From: Nitrospinaceae bacterium
GTDB lineage: Bacteria; Nitrospinota; Nitrospinia; Nitrospinales; Nitrospinaceae
Assembly (NCBI GenBank): GCA_024644405.1
Contig: JAHELC010000001.1
Location: forward strand, 8,854 to 72,853
Length of the DNA stretch: 64,000 bases
Direction of reading: 5' to 3'
Under the pieces are notes generated by a model that made no database searches, had not been told where the DNA came from, and saw nothing but the letters and a program-made list of their open reading frames with translations. Positions 9,736-19,379 of this stretch are shown here, in pieces. How positions within the stretch are numbered: position 1 is the first letter of the stretch; every line of letters starts with the position of its first letter. A program made the position numbers and the translations under genes.

Positions 9736-11061
9736 CTAGTTGCCGGAACGCCGGGCCGTAAACTTCAGGCGCACCGGGGTTCCCGAAAAACCAAACGCCT
9801 GTCTCAGGCTGTTCGTCAGATATCTGCGGTATGAGAAATGAATCCCCTCCGGGTAGTTCACGAAACATTGAAACGTGGGAGGACAACTTTTCACCTGGGT
9901 GGAGTAAAACAACTTGATAAACTTTCCCCGAAAACTGCTGAAGGGGTTTTTTTCAATGGCCCTGGAAAAGCAATCGTTCAGCTTTCCAGTCGGGACCCTT
10001 TTTGAATATTCCGAATAGACTCTTTCCACTTCCGGGAAAAAATGTTTCAGCCCAAATCCGGATTTGGCGGAGATAAACAATACCGGCGCAAAATCCAGAA
10101 ATCTCAGCTTATCCTTTACCTTCTCTTCAATAGCCTCATGGACCCCTTTCACGCGTTCCAGAAGGTCACACTTGTTGACGGCCAGAATACATCCCCTGCC
10201 CCGCTCAAAGGCATATCCGGCAATGGTGGCATCCTGTTCGCTCACTCCGGTTTCCCCATCCAGAACCAGAACCGTGATATCACACCGCTCCAGGGCTTTC
10301 AAGGCCATGATCACGCTGTATTTCTCGAGCAGACGCGTCGTTTTCCCTTTGCGCCGGATACCCGCCGTATCCATCAAGACAAATTCCTTGCCATCGAACA
10401 CCACCGATGTGTCCACCGCATCGCGCGTGGTTCCCGGGATTTCGGAAACGATACAGCGATCTGATTTCAACAACTTGTTGATGAGTGACGACTTACCGGC
10501 ATTGGGTTTTCCGATCACCGCGATGCGGATGCTCCCCGGCCTCTCTGCCGGTTCCTTCTCCGCTTCGGCAAAATCCTTCACCAACTCTTCCAGCATGGCT
10601 TCAATTCCGATCCCATGCTCGGCAGAAAGGGCGAATGTATTTTTCACCCCCATTTTATAAAAATCGTGGGTCATGGTTTCGTGGCTGGGATCATCCACCT
10701 TGTTGACCAGGACAAACAGGGGTTTCCCGGAAGCGCGCACCTTGGCGATGACTTCCTGATCCTGCGGCGTCAGACCTTGCTGGCCGTCGCCCACAAACAG
10801 AATGAAGTCGGCTTCGGAGATCGCGATATCCGCCTGCACTTTGACCTGGAGTTCGATTTCATTGTCAGCGGCAAGATCGATGCCGCCGGTATCTATCACC
10901 ATGAACGGTTTCCCAAACCATTCGGCACGGCTGAACATCCGGTCGCGCGTCACTCCCGGCGTATCGTTTACAATCGCGGCGCGCTGCTTGATGATTTTAT
11001 TAAACAGGGTGGACTTGCCGACATTGGCTCTTCCGATGATGGCGACTTGGGGAATGGACAT
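9736..11061 (-). CDS. der: Ribosome-associated GTPase Der (EngA)
   Basis: There are two tandem GTPase domains, 'GRANVGKSTLFN' and 'GKPNAGKSSLIN', plus a KH-like C-terminus. I set the start at MSIPQVAII (ATG 11059-11061) because the longer ORF overlaps the upstream amidase gene. Confidence 0.92.
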   Translation of the reverse strand: MSIPQVAIIGRANVGKSTLFNKIIKQRAAIVNDTPGVTRDRMFSRAEWFGKPFMVIDTGGIDLAADNEIELQVKVQADIAISEADFILFVGDGQQGLTPQDQEVIAKVRASGKPLFVLVNKVDDPSHETMTHDFYKMGVKNTFALSAEHGIGIEAMLEELVKDFAEAEKEPAERPGSIRIAVIGKPNAGKSSLINKLLKSDRCIVSEIPGTTRDAVDTSVVFDGKEFVLMDTAGIRRKGKTTRLLEKYSVIMALKALERCDITVLVLDGETGVSEQDATIAGYAFERGRGCILAVNKCDLLERVKGVHEAIEEKVKDKLRFLDFAPVLFISAKSGFGLKHFFPEVERVYSEYSKRVPTGKLNDCFSRAIEKNPFSSFRGKFIKLFYSTQVKSCPPTFQCFVNYPEGIHFSYRRYLTNSLRQAFGFSGTPVRLKFTARRSGN

Positions 11062-11086
11062 GGCATCATCTCGGTTTCCGGCAGGG

Positions 11087-12790
11087 TTAGATGGAGGGAG
11101 CCATTTCTTCCAGGTAATCGTGAATACCCCGGGCAATGGATTCGGCCAGCCATTTCTGATAGATCTTGTTCTTCAAATGCTGGCCTTCCCGGCGATTGGT
11201 CACAAAACCCACCTCCACCAGAATGCTTGGCATATTGGTGTCGTGAAGCACGAAGAAGGGACCCTCTTTCACACCGAGGTTGTGTATACCGGAATACTTT
11301 TTGGACATGGTCTTATGCAACCGCTTTTGAACGATGGCGGCCAGGCGGGAAGAATCGTTGATTTTGGTGGTGGAGATGAGGCTGGCCAGAATTTCCTGCA
11401 CCGCGTTATCCGCGACGGAATGAACCAGGTCCCCGTTTTCACGTTCGGCAGTTTCCCGGGCCTCTTCGTTTGAACCCGAACCCAGATAATAGGTTTCGAT
11501 GCCTTTCGCGGATTTCCGCTTGGCGGCATTGGCGTGGATGGAGACAAACAAATCGGCATTGTGTGTGTTGGCGATTTTCCCCCGGTCCTTGAGCTCGATA
11601 AAGGTATCGTTTTTACGGGTCATAATGACCTTGTAGTGATACCGTTTCCGCAGAATCTTTTGGACCTGTTTGGAAATCTGAAGATTGAGATCCTTCTCGG
11701 ACACGCCGTGGGCGCCCTGGGCGCCAAAATCCTTGCCTCCGTGACCCGCATCCAGAACCACGACCGGAGTCCTCCGGTTGGCTTGCGCCTTGGATGCAGT
11801 ACCATTTTTTGCAACCCGGATAGTCGATTTCTTTTTCGGGGATTTGGCCTTGACCGCTACGAATTTTTCTTTGTGGTGAGGAACGACGATAATCAACTGG
11901 TTTTTGCTGACCCGGACCGCGACCTTCTGCTTTGCCTGGTCATCCAGGTCCAGCACCAGGCGGCTGGGAGATCCTTTCACATCCGTCATCCGCAACTGCT
12001 CAACCCGCCCGTCTTCTACAGATATATTATCGGGAATATGCTCATCCCACCGGGCATTTTGAAAATCAAAGTACACGCGGTCAGGATTTCCCAGTCTTTT
12101 TTTGGAGTATTTGATCGGCCCATCGACCCTCAACACAACACGGGTTTCCTTCACCCCGCTGACGAAGGTCAGGTCCTTCAAAATAACGGTGGGCGGGCGA
12201 ACCGAAATCTTTTTCTTTTCTTGAAGAACTTTGCTTTTTAACCGCTGTCGGGCGTTCGGAACAAAATCCCCCTTGGGGTAATGGGCCAGAATTTTCTGAA
12301 ACGCCGCCCGTGCCTCGGCATAACTCTTGCGGTTGACATACAGTTGACCGGCATAGTACAGGGCGTCATCGGTCAACCAACCCGCAGGGTATTCCTTATC
12401 GAGTTGATGGTAATAGGCCAGAGCCTTGTCGATATCCGACGAGCGGCCCGTCCGTTTTCCCAGCTTGTGATATAAACGCCCCAAAGTGAAGACCGACTTG
12501 TAACTCTCCCGTGTCTTTGGATATTTTTGCAATACCAACTGAAACCGGGCAATGGCGTACTCCCAGTTTTTTCGGTATTTCATTTTATTCCTGGAATACA
12601 GAAGGTTCTGATATTCCTTTTTCGCAAGGGTGTACAGCTTTTGAGAAGACGCCGAGGAATCCAGTTTCGCCCAGGCAGGTGCCCCGGTAAATGCTGCTGC
12701 AAGGCACAAAGCGAACGCCATGCACAGCCACCTGGGGCCCAATAGTGTTTTTTCGGTGCAGGCTTTTAGGTTGTCAGGCCCCATTAACAA
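11087..12790 (-). CDS. N-acetylmuramoyl-L-alanine amidase (AmiC-like) with N-terminal TPR/YbgF-like and AMIN domains
   Basis: 567 aa. Amidase_3 motifs are 'VVVLDAGHGGKDFGAQG' and 'LFVSIHANA'. The central AMIN-like segment is 'RVVLRVDGPIKYSKKRLGNPDRVYFDF...RLVLDLDD'. The N-terminal 'YEYAIARFQLVLQKYPKT...AFQKILAHYPKGDF' is TPR/YbgF-like. The start could also be the internal Met of MAFALCLAAAF. Confidence 0.88.
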   Translation of the reverse strand: MLMGPDNLKACTEKTLLGPRWLCMAFALCLAAAFTGAPAWAKLDSSASSQKLYTLAKKEYQNLLYSRNKMKYRKNWEYAIARFQLVLQKYPKTRESYKSVFTLGRLYHKLGKRTGRSSDIDKALAYYHQLDKEYPAGWLTDDALYYAGQLYVNRKSYAEARAAFQKILAHYPKGDFVPNARQRLKSKVLQEKKKISVRPPTVILKDLTFVSGVKETRVVLRVDGPIKYSKKRLGNPDRVYFDFQNARWDEHIPDNISVEDGRVEQLRMTDVKGSPSRLVLDLDDQAKQKVAVRVSKNQLIIVVPHHKEKFVAVKAKSPKKKSTIRVAKNGTASKAQANRRTPVVVLDAGHGGKDFGAQGAHGVSEKDLNLQISKQVQKILRKRYHYKVIMTRKNDTFIELKDRGKIANTHNADLFVSIHANAAKRKSAKGIETYYLGSGSNEEARETAERENGDLVHSVADNAVQEILASLISTTKINDSSRLAAIVQKRLHKTMSKKYSGIHNLGVKEGPFFVLHDTNMPSILVEVGFVTNRREGQHLKNKIYQKWLAESIARGIHDYLEEMAPSI

Positions 12791-12924
12791 TTCCTTTTAC
12801 AAGCGGTTTAGCTTTTTAGAATTCGAGAACAACACCAGAGGGATTTGCTTAACTTACTAATTTTATTAAGGTTTTGACTATATCACTTTTGAGAAGAGCC
12901 GTCAAGACGCTGAAAAACCGGCAG

Positions 12925-13668
12925 TTAAAATCCTGCGCTCAGGCGTTCGGCAAGAAACGGGGGAAGCTTGTTGGCTCTTATTTTTTCCTGGGTCCGTTCT
13001 ACATCGTATTCATAGCGCCGGAACTCAACCAACCGCGTGTCGGTATCGAATACCACAAAGCAGGGGGATGAAATACCGTCGCGGGGTTGTCCCAAACTGC
13101 CCACATTGATAATGTAACGGCAGTCCGGCTTCAGGGTGTATTCCCAATGATGCACCGCTCCACCATACACGGCCTCGACCTGACCTTTGGGAGGCTTTTC
13201 CAATATCACCGGCTTATGGGAATGGCCCAGAAAACACCACTGGGCCTCGAAATGGGGAAAGTTCTCTTCTCCATCATATTGATTGTTCACGTAATGCCAT
13301 TCCTTCGGTTCGAAGGGAGAAGAGTGCACCCATAAGATTCCATTTTGCTCCTTCTTGGTGGGCAGTGATCCCAGGTACTCCATGTTCTCGTCGGTCAATT
13401 GTTCTTGCGTCCACTCGCAGGCCTCCAGGGCGTAGGGATTGAAATAGGAGGTGTCCGTTTTCCCCACCACTGCGTAATCGTGATTGCCCGCAAGTACGAT
13501 ATCCACATGATCCCGGATCCAGTCCACACACGCGTTGGGGTCGGTATTGTACCCGACGATATCCCCCAGACACGCCTTCTGATCGTGCGGAATCGTTTCG
13601 CTGATCTCGATAAACTTTTCCAGCGATTCCAGGTTGCTGTGCAAATCGGAAAAAATGAGATAAACCAT
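12925..13668 (-). CDS. Metallophosphoesterase family protein (calcineurin-like)
   Basis: Motifs are 'IFSDLHSN', 'LGDIVGYN', 'LAGNHD' and 'LGHSH'. Confidence 0.8.
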   Translation of the reverse strand: MVYLIFSDLHSNLESLEKFIEISETIPHDQKACLGDIVGYNTDPNACVDWIRDHVDIVLAGNHDYAVVGKTDTSYFNPYALEACEWTQEQLTDENMEYLGSLPTKKEQNGILWVHSSPFEPKEWHYVNNQYDGEENFPHFEAQWCFLGHSHKPVILEKPPKGQVEAVYGGAVHHWEYTLKPDCRYIINVGSLGQPRDGISSPCFVVFDTDTRLVEFRRYEYDVERTQEKIRANKLPPFLAERLSAGF

Positions 13669-13687
13669 GATGGGCCATTTTTAGGAT

Positions 13688-14116
13688 TCAGGCGGGCTTG
13701 AGAGGAACATCCGGCTTCAATTCTTTCAGGATACGATCCAACACACCGTTGATGAAATTGGGAGAGTCTTCCGTGCCGAATTTCTTGGCGATTTCCACAG
13801 CTTCGTCGATGGCCACCTTGGGCGGGACGGTTTTACTGTACATCAGTTCGGAAGCTGCCATTCGTAGCAGGTTGCGGTCGATCACCGCCATTCTTGAGAG
13901 AGTCCAGTTGTCACTGTATTTTTCCAACCGGACATCAATCTCTTTTTTATGATCGAAAATATCCTTCAGAATATCTTCGGTGAACGATTGGACGTCTTCC
14001 GGGCATGGGTGACTTTCCCAGAACGATTTCAACTGATTCTCAATTTCTCCCTCGTTCATCTCGGTGAGATAAAGAAACTGGATCACCAATTCTCTTGAAA
14101 GACGTCTGTTGCCCAT
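13688..14116 (-). CDS. nusB: Transcription antitermination factor NusB
   Basis: 142 aa. '[12 protein letters not shown]' and '[12 protein letters not shown]' are NusB-like. The gene sits directly downstream of ribH, as in many bacteria. Confidence 0.9.
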   Translation of the reverse strand: MGNRRLSRELVIQFLYLTEMNEGEIENQLKSFWESHPCPEDVQSFTEDILKDIFDHKKEIDVRLEKYSDNWTLSRMAVIDRNLLRMAASELMYSKTVPPKVAIDEAVEIAKKFGTEDSPNFINGVLDRILKELKPDVPLKPA

Positions 14117-14129
14117 AAAGTTGACCGTG

Positions 14130-14594
14130 CTAAAGTTGCTTGTACAAGTTAATCATTTCGATGGCCGCCAATGCCGTTTCCCAGCCCTTGTTGCCGGATT
14201 TAGCACCGGCGCGTTCGGTCGCTTGTTCCAGATTATCCGTAGTCAGGACCCCGAACAGAACCGGTATGGAGGCTTCCAGAGCCACCGCACCCACCCCTTT
14301 CGCCGCTTCTCCCGCGACATATTCGAAATGCGGCGTGCCCCCGCGAATCACCGCACCCAGGCAAAGGACAGCATCGTATTTCTTTTTATCCACCATCCGC
14401 CTGGCGGCCGGGGGAATTTCAAAGGCTCCCGGCACATGCACCACTTCGATATCTTCATCCTTCACACCCTGTCGCGCCAGGCAATCCACCGCACCTTCCA
14501 AAAGCCGGCCGGTGATGAAATCGTTGAACCGGCTCACCACGATTCCTATTTTGTGACCCGCCCCGCTTAAATCTCCTTGAAATGATTTCGGCAA
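14130..14594 (-). CDS. ribH: 6,7-dimethyl-8-ribityllumazine synthase
   Basis: 154 aa. '[13 protein letters not shown]', 'VPGAFEIP', '[15 protein letters not shown]' and 'GVLT' are lumazine synthase signatures. Confidence 0.93.
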   Translation of the reverse strand: MPKSFQGDLSGAGHKIGIVVSRFNDFITGRLLEGAVDCLARQGVKDEDIEVVHVPGAFEIPPAARRMVDKKKYDAVLCLGAVIRGGTPHFEYVAGEAAKGVGAVALEASIPVLFGVLTTDNLEQATERAGAKSGNKGWETALAAIEMINLYKQL

Positions 14595-14607
14595 TGCTTC
14601 GTCCCGC

Positions 14608-15831
14608 TCAGAAAACGTTTTTAATCAAGTGACCCATCTTGTCCTGCTTGGTTTTGAGGTATTTGATATTGTGTTTTTGGGGATGCACTTCGATGGGCAC
14701 TCGCTCGACCATCTCCAGACCATAGGCTTCAAGCCCGACGATTTTCCGGGGATTGTTGCTCATGATTCTGATTTTCCCCAACCCGAGGGCGCGCAGAATC
14801 TGCGCCCCGATCCCGTAGTCCCGAAGATCTGGCTTGAATCCCAATTCCGCGTTGGCTTGTACCGTATCGTGACCTTCGTCCTGCAATGCGTAGGCTTTCA
14901 GTTTGTTGAGGATGCCAATGCCGCGTCCTTCCTGATACAGATACAACAAAACGCCGTGCCCTTCCTTTTCGATCATATTCAGAGCCTGTGCCAACTGTTC
15001 GCCGCAGTCGCAGCGGTGGGACCCGAACACATCGCCGGTCAGACACTGCGAATGCACTCGCACCAGTGTCGGCTCCTCCGGTTTCACCTCTCCCTTGACC
15101 AGGGCAATGTGCACCTGATCGATCAACTTGTTGCGAAACGCAACCGCTTTAAACTCGCCGAAATCGGTGGGCATTTTCGTCGCCGCCACTTCTTCCACGA
15201 GGGCTTCGCTGTTCAGGCGGTACTCCATCAAATCCTTGATGGTGATCATTTTTATTTTGTGTTTCTTGACGAATTTAGAAAGCTCGGGAACCCGTGCCAT
15301 GGTGCCGTCGTCATTCATAATTTCGCAGATCACCCCCGCCGGTTTCAACCCGGCCAGACGTGCCACGTCAACCGAACCCTCGGTTTGACCCGCCCGCACC
15401 AATACACCGCCATCCCGTGCGCGCAGGGGGAAGATATGCCCCGGCATGACCAGATCGTATTGCGTGGCTTCGGGATCCATGGCCACTTCAATCGTTTTCG
15501 CCCGGTCGGCGGCTGAGATGCCGGTGGTGATGCCGTTTTTTGCGTCGATCGATACCGTAAAGGGCGTCCCGAACTGCGCCTGGTTCTCCTGCACCATCAT
15601 CGGCAAACCCAGCTGAGCGGTGCGTTGTTCGGTCAGCGTCAGGCAGATCAGTCCGCGTCCGTATTTCGCCATGAAGTTGACCGCCTCGGGGGTACACTGT
15701 TCGGCGGCGATCATCAGGTCGCCTTCGTTTTCTCGGTCCTCGTCGTCCACGATGACGATCATTTTCCCCTGCTTGACGTCTTCGATGGCCTCGTCGATGG
15801 AGTTGAATGAAGTCAGATTATTCTTTGTCAT
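14608..15831 (-). CDS. ribBA: Bifunctional 3,4-dihydroxy-2-butanone-4-phosphate synthase / GTP cyclohydrolase II
   Basis: 407 aa. '[11 protein letters not shown]' is the DHBP synthase motif. '[24 protein letters not shown]' is the GCH-II zinc site. Confidence 0.93.
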   Translation of the reverse strand: MTKNNLTSFNSIDEAIEDVKQGKMIVIVDDEDRENEGDLMIAAEQCTPEAVNFMAKYGRGLICLTLTEQRTAQLGLPMMVQENQAQFGTPFTVSIDAKNGITTGISAADRAKTIEVAMDPEATQYDLVMPGHIFPLRARDGGVLVRAGQTEGSVDVARLAGLKPAGVICEIMNDDGTMARVPELSKFVKKHKIKMITIKDLMEYRLNSEALVEEVAATKMPTDFGEFKAVAFRNKLIDQVHIALVKGEVKPEEPTLVRVHSQCLTGDVFGSHRCDCGEQLAQALNMIEKEGHGVLLYLYQEGRGIGILNKLKAYALQDEGHDTVQANAELGFKPDLRDYGIGAQILRALGLGKIRIMSNNPRKIVGLEAYGLEMVERVPIEVHPQKHNIKYLKTKQDKMGHLIKNVF

Positions 15832-16481
15832 AAAAACCCATGTTCCTTTAAAAATTCCGGAGAAATTTCGGCGCCCTTGGCGGAGCCGCCGAATACGGTT
15901 TCACACGCTCGAATCACGTATTTACCAATCATATCACACTCAATGTTAACGACATCTCCCGTTTTCCGGTTCTTCAAATTGGTATGCTCCAGCGTAAATG
16001 GAATAATCGATACCGTGAAGCGGTTGTCCCGGCAATCGAACACCGTCAGGCTGATGCCGTCCACCGCCGCCGAACCTTTTTCAATCAAATACGGGGCCAA
16101 CTCCGGGGGATGTTCAAACCGAAACAGAACCTCGCCCGGCTTCTCGTCGATGCTGACCACTTTGGCGACATTATCAATGTGGCCGGTGACGAAATGCCCG
16201 CTCATTTTCTTGGAAGGAGTGAGGGCGCGTTCCAGGTTGACACGCGATCCTTCCTTCACCTGTTTGAAACTGGTGCGGTCCAGTGTTTCGGTGGTCATAT
16301 CGACGGCGAACCAGTGCTCGCCCATGTCCACCGCTGTCAGGCAGACGCCGTTGACCGCGATGCTCTCCCCCATTTCAAACCCGGAGAATTGCGGATTCGT
16401 GTCCACCCGCATGCGGGCTTTGTCGTCCTGAAAAGCAATCTTCGCAACCGTCCCGGCCGCTTCTATGATTCCGGTAAACAT
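15828..16481 (-). CDS. ribE: Riboflavin synthase (alpha chain)
   Basis: 217 aa. It has the 'MFTGIIE' start and duplicated '[12 protein letters not shown]' / '[11 protein letters not shown]' half-domains. It overlaps the ribBA start by 4 nt. Confidence 0.92.
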   Translation of the reverse strand: MFTGIIEAAGTVAKIAFQDDKARMRVDTNPQFSGFEMGESIAVNGVCLTAVDMGEHWFAVDMTTETLDRTSFKQVKEGSRVNLERALTPSKKMSGHFVTGHIDNVAKVVSIDEKPGEVLFRFEHPPELAPYLIEKGSAAVDGISLTVFDCRDNRFTVSIIPFTLEHTNLKNRKTGDVVNIECDMIGKYVIRACETVFGGSAKGAEISPEFLKEHGFL

Positions 16482-16484
16482 GAT

Positions 16485-17585
16485 CTACAGATACCCCTCT
16501 ACCATCCAATCGGCACCCACCGGGGTCACCGTGAGGTTTTTAATCTGAAGTGCCCGCTTCAGGCTTTTGATGCCCGGCCCTCCCACCACACCGGGGGCTG
16601 ACTCTCCCCCGATAATCTTGGGCGCTAAAAAAAGCACCAGTTTGTCCACCATTCCCGCTTTTAACATGCCGGCATTGAGCCCGCTTCCGCCCTCGACCAA
16701 CACCGAGCTAATCCCCGATTGCCCTAACAATTTAATCAATTTTTTCAATGAGATATGATTTTTTATCTCAGGTAAAACATAAATTAATACCCCGGCCTTA
16801 TGGAGCTGGTTGATCCTTATGGTGGAAGCCCTGCGGGTGGTAGCATAGATCACCCGATCCCGGTCGGCACGCTGAAACACCCTTGCTTTAAGCGGTATTT
16901 CCGCCCTGGCATCCAGAATAACACGGGCCGGGTTGCAGCCCTCGCCCTTTTTGAGGCGTGTAGTGAGCCGTGGATTGTCCTTGAGTACCGTCCCCGCTCC
17001 CACCAGGATGGCATCGACCCGGTCGCGCATCCGGTGCACCCGGTCACGCGCCTCGGGTCCGGTGATCCATTGGGATTCACCGGTTGAGGTAGCGATCTTG
17101 CCATCCAGCGACAAGGCCGACTTCAAGGTTACGAACGGCTTTCCTGTCTGTATATATTTGATGAACACCTCATTGAGGTGCCGACATTCCGGCTTCAGGA
17201 TGCCAGTGTGAACCGCGATTCCGGCCCGTTTCAGCTGTCGAACGCCCTTCCCTGCCACCAGCGGATTGGGGTCCCGCATCCCCACATATACCTCTTTGAG
17301 GCCGCTATTGATAATGGCATCGGTACAGGGCGGCGTGCGTCCCTGATGGCAACAGGGCTCCAGATTCACAAACATCTGAGCCCCTCTGGCCCGTTTCCCC
17401 GCTTTACGCAGGGCTACGATCTCGCCGTGGGGTCGGCCCGCTTTTTTATGGTAACCCTCGGAGATGACGCGGCCGTTTTTCACGATAACCGCCCCTACCA
17501 AGGGGTTGGGCGAGGTTCGTCCAGCGGCTTTTTCAGCCAGCTCCAAAGCCCGCCGCATCCACTGTTCCTGGTGTTCCCGTTTCAA
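16485..17585 (-). CDS. ribD: Bifunctional diaminohydroxyphosphoribosylaminopyrimidine deaminase / 5-amino-6-(5-phosphoribosylamino)uracil reductase
   Basis: 366 aa. The deaminase zinc site is 'HGE...LEPCCHQGRTPPC'. A reductase domain follows in the C-terminal half. Confidence 0.93.
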   Translation of the reverse strand: MKREHQEQWMRRALELAEKAAGRTSPNPLVGAVIVKNGRVISEGYHKKAGRPHGEIVALRKAGKRARGAQMFVNLEPCCHQGRTPPCTDAIINSGLKEVYVGMRDPNPLVAGKGVRQLKRAGIAVHTGILKPECRHLNEVFIKYIQTGKPFVTLKSALSLDGKIATSTGESQWITGPEARDRVHRMRDRVDAILVGAGTVLKDNPRLTTRLKKGEGCNPARVILDARAEIPLKARVFQRADRDRVIYATTRRASTIRINQLHKAGVLIYVLPEIKNHISLKKLIKLLGQSGISSVLVEGGSGLNAGMLKAGMVDKLVLFLAPKIIGGESAPGVVGGPGIKSLKRALQIKNLTVTPVGADWMVEGYL

Positions 17586-17739
17586 AATTTTACCATTATT
17601 GTGGGTAATCCGGCTGCCAGGGCCGATAATATCCTAAAATTAGAGGGGTTGGGTATAAATTAGCAGAGATGGGAAGGGTTGTCAAAACGTAAAATATTGA
17701 AATAAAAAAGCTTTTAGGAATGGTCGCCGCTGGAGAGGA

Positions 17740-18531
17740 TCATTTACGTTTCAAGATTTTAACCATGCGCTTGCGGATACTGCCGCGCTGGTAGACCACT
17801 TCGATGCGCCGATTGATCGCCCGGTTTTCCACGCTGTTGTTGGGGACTTTTGGCCGGAATTCGGCAAATCCTTCGACCGACAACCGTTCCGGCGGATATC
17901 CATCGTCGATCAACATATGGGCCACCTCGGCCGCCCGGAAGGCTGACAGCTCCCAGTTGGAGGGATACCGCAGGGTGTGGATGGGGGTGTTGTCCGTATG
18001 GCCCTCTACCTTGACGTTATAGTTGAACTGTTTCAGCAGATCGAACACCTGCCGCAGGGTGGTGCGCCCCTTCGGGGTCATATCCGCCGATCCGGCAGGA
18101 AACAGCACCACGTCGGAGATAGTGATCACCGCCCCGCGCTCGTCCGAAGAAACGCGGACTTCCCCCGAGAGTTTGTTCTTGAAAACGAATTCCTCAACCT
18201 CGGAGATGATATCTTCCATTTCCCGATTCACCATGGCGCCGACTTCATCCACGGCGTGCACCGTTTGATCATCCACCTGGGTTTGGATCACATCCAACCC
18301 TTGACGGGTTCCCAGTTCCTCGACGGAGTCCGCTCCCAGTGCTTCCCGCAGCGACTCCTTGATCTGCCGCCACTTTTCCTGTTCGACCGTACCGATGGCG
18401 AACAGGAGAATGAAAAACACCATGAGGAGCGTGACCATGTCGGCAAAGGTAATGACCCAGGGAGCAATGCTCCGGTTATCCTCGGTGACCAAATCTATTT
18501 CGTCGTCAAGGTTCTCTTCGGGTTCGGGCAT
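17740..18531 (-). CDS. motB: Flagellar motor stator protein MotB (OmpA-like)
   Basis: The 'WVITFADMVTLLMVFFILLF' TM/plug region carries the conserved Asp. The OmpA-like C-terminus has 'GHTDN' and 'NRRIEVV'. The gene overlaps the motA stop. Confidence 0.86.
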   Translation of the reverse strand: MPEPEENLDDEIDLVTEDNRSIAPWVITFADMVTLLMVFFILLFAIGTVEQEKWRQIKESLREALGADSVEELGTRQGLDVIQTQVDDQTVHAVDEVGAMVNREMEDIISEVEEFVFKNKLSGEVRVSSDERGAVITISDVVLFPAGSADMTPKGRTTLRQVFDLLKQFNYNVKVEGHTDNTPIHTLRYPSNWELSAFRAAEVAHMLIDDGYPPERLSVEGFAEFRPKVPNNSVENRAINRRIEVVYQRGSIRKRMVKILKRK

Positions 18532-19372
18532 GGGCGCCTTCTTTGGTCAGAGTTTTGGGAACCGGTTTGGGAGCCGGTTTGGCCACCGGTTTCTGGGCCA
18601 ACACGTCTTCTCTTCTTAATTTTTTACCGATCGCGTTCTCCAGAGTATTCTCAAGGGTTTCTTTCATGAACCGGGGATTCACACCTTTGCGGATGAAGGT
18701 GATGCCTTCCAGAACGAGATCCATTTCCAGAGTTTCCACCGCGCTGCGGCGTTTCAGTTTGACGGTCATGGGGATAAACACCAGATTGGCCAACAACGCG
18801 CCGTAAAACGTGGTGATCAGGGCCACGGCCATTTTCGGACCAACTGTTTTGACGTCGTCGAGGGCGGACAACATCTGGATCAATCCGATAAGGGTTCCGA
18901 CCATTCCGAAAGCCGGAGCAAACCTTCCCATTTCACTCATGATTTCCCATCCGTCGCGGTGCTTCTGCTGGATTTGACGAATCTCTTTTTTAAGGATCGT
19001 CACCACGGTTTTTTCGTCTTTACCGTCGACGGTGTACTGCAATCCCCTCTTGAGAAAACCATTGTCGATTTCATCCAAACGCGACTCGATCGCCAGCACC
19101 CCTCCCTTGCGGGCGATGCTGCAGGTCCTCACCATGGTGTCGATCAAATCGTAGAGATCGTGCTTTTTGGTCATGAACACCTTGACGAAGAGACCCAGGA
19201 CACCGAACAGTTCGTTGATGGGGTACGCCACAAGTGTCGCGGCAATGGTCCCGCCCAGCACGATCATTGCCGAAGGCGCGCTGACAAACAACTCCAGCCC
19301 GCTGTTCTGCATGATGGAGGCCAACAACAGGGCCATCCCCGAAAAAATTCCTAATAAGGTTGCTATATCCAT
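18506..19372 (-). CDS. motA: Flagellar motor stator protein MotA
   Basis: 288 aa. It has MotA/TolQ/ExbB-type TM helices ('FAPAFGMVGTLIGLIQML', 'ALITTFYGALLANLVFIP') and is followed by motB. Confidence 0.86.
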   Translation of the reverse strand: MDIATLLGIFSGMALLLASIMQNSGLELFVSAPSAMIVLGGTIAATLVAYPINELFGVLGLFVKVFMTKKHDLYDLIDTMVRTCSIARKGGVLAIESRLDEIDNGFLKRGLQYTVDGKDEKTVVTILKKEIRQIQQKHRDGWEIMSEMGRFAPAFGMVGTLIGLIQMLSALDDVKTVGPKMAVALITTFYGALLANLVFIPMTVKLKRRSAVETLEMDLVLEGITFIRKGVNPRFMKETLENTLENAIGKKLRREDVLAQKPVAKPAPKPVPKTLTKEGAHARTRREP

Positions 19373-19379
19373 AAGCGTA

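Noticed and set aside
11062-11136. 25-codon N-terminal extension of der
   Set aside because: The extension overlaps the 3' end of the amidase gene. Der homologs begin just before the first G1 motif, which matches MSIPQVAIIGRANVGKST.
17586-17739. Expected FMN (RFN) riboswitch upstream of ribD
   Set aside because: I read the 154-nt leader on the coding strand and found none of the conserved RFN core elements (GGGGCAGGGTGAAATTCCC... / ...GGATGGGAGA type). The region is short and AT-rich. An Rfam scan would be the decisive check.
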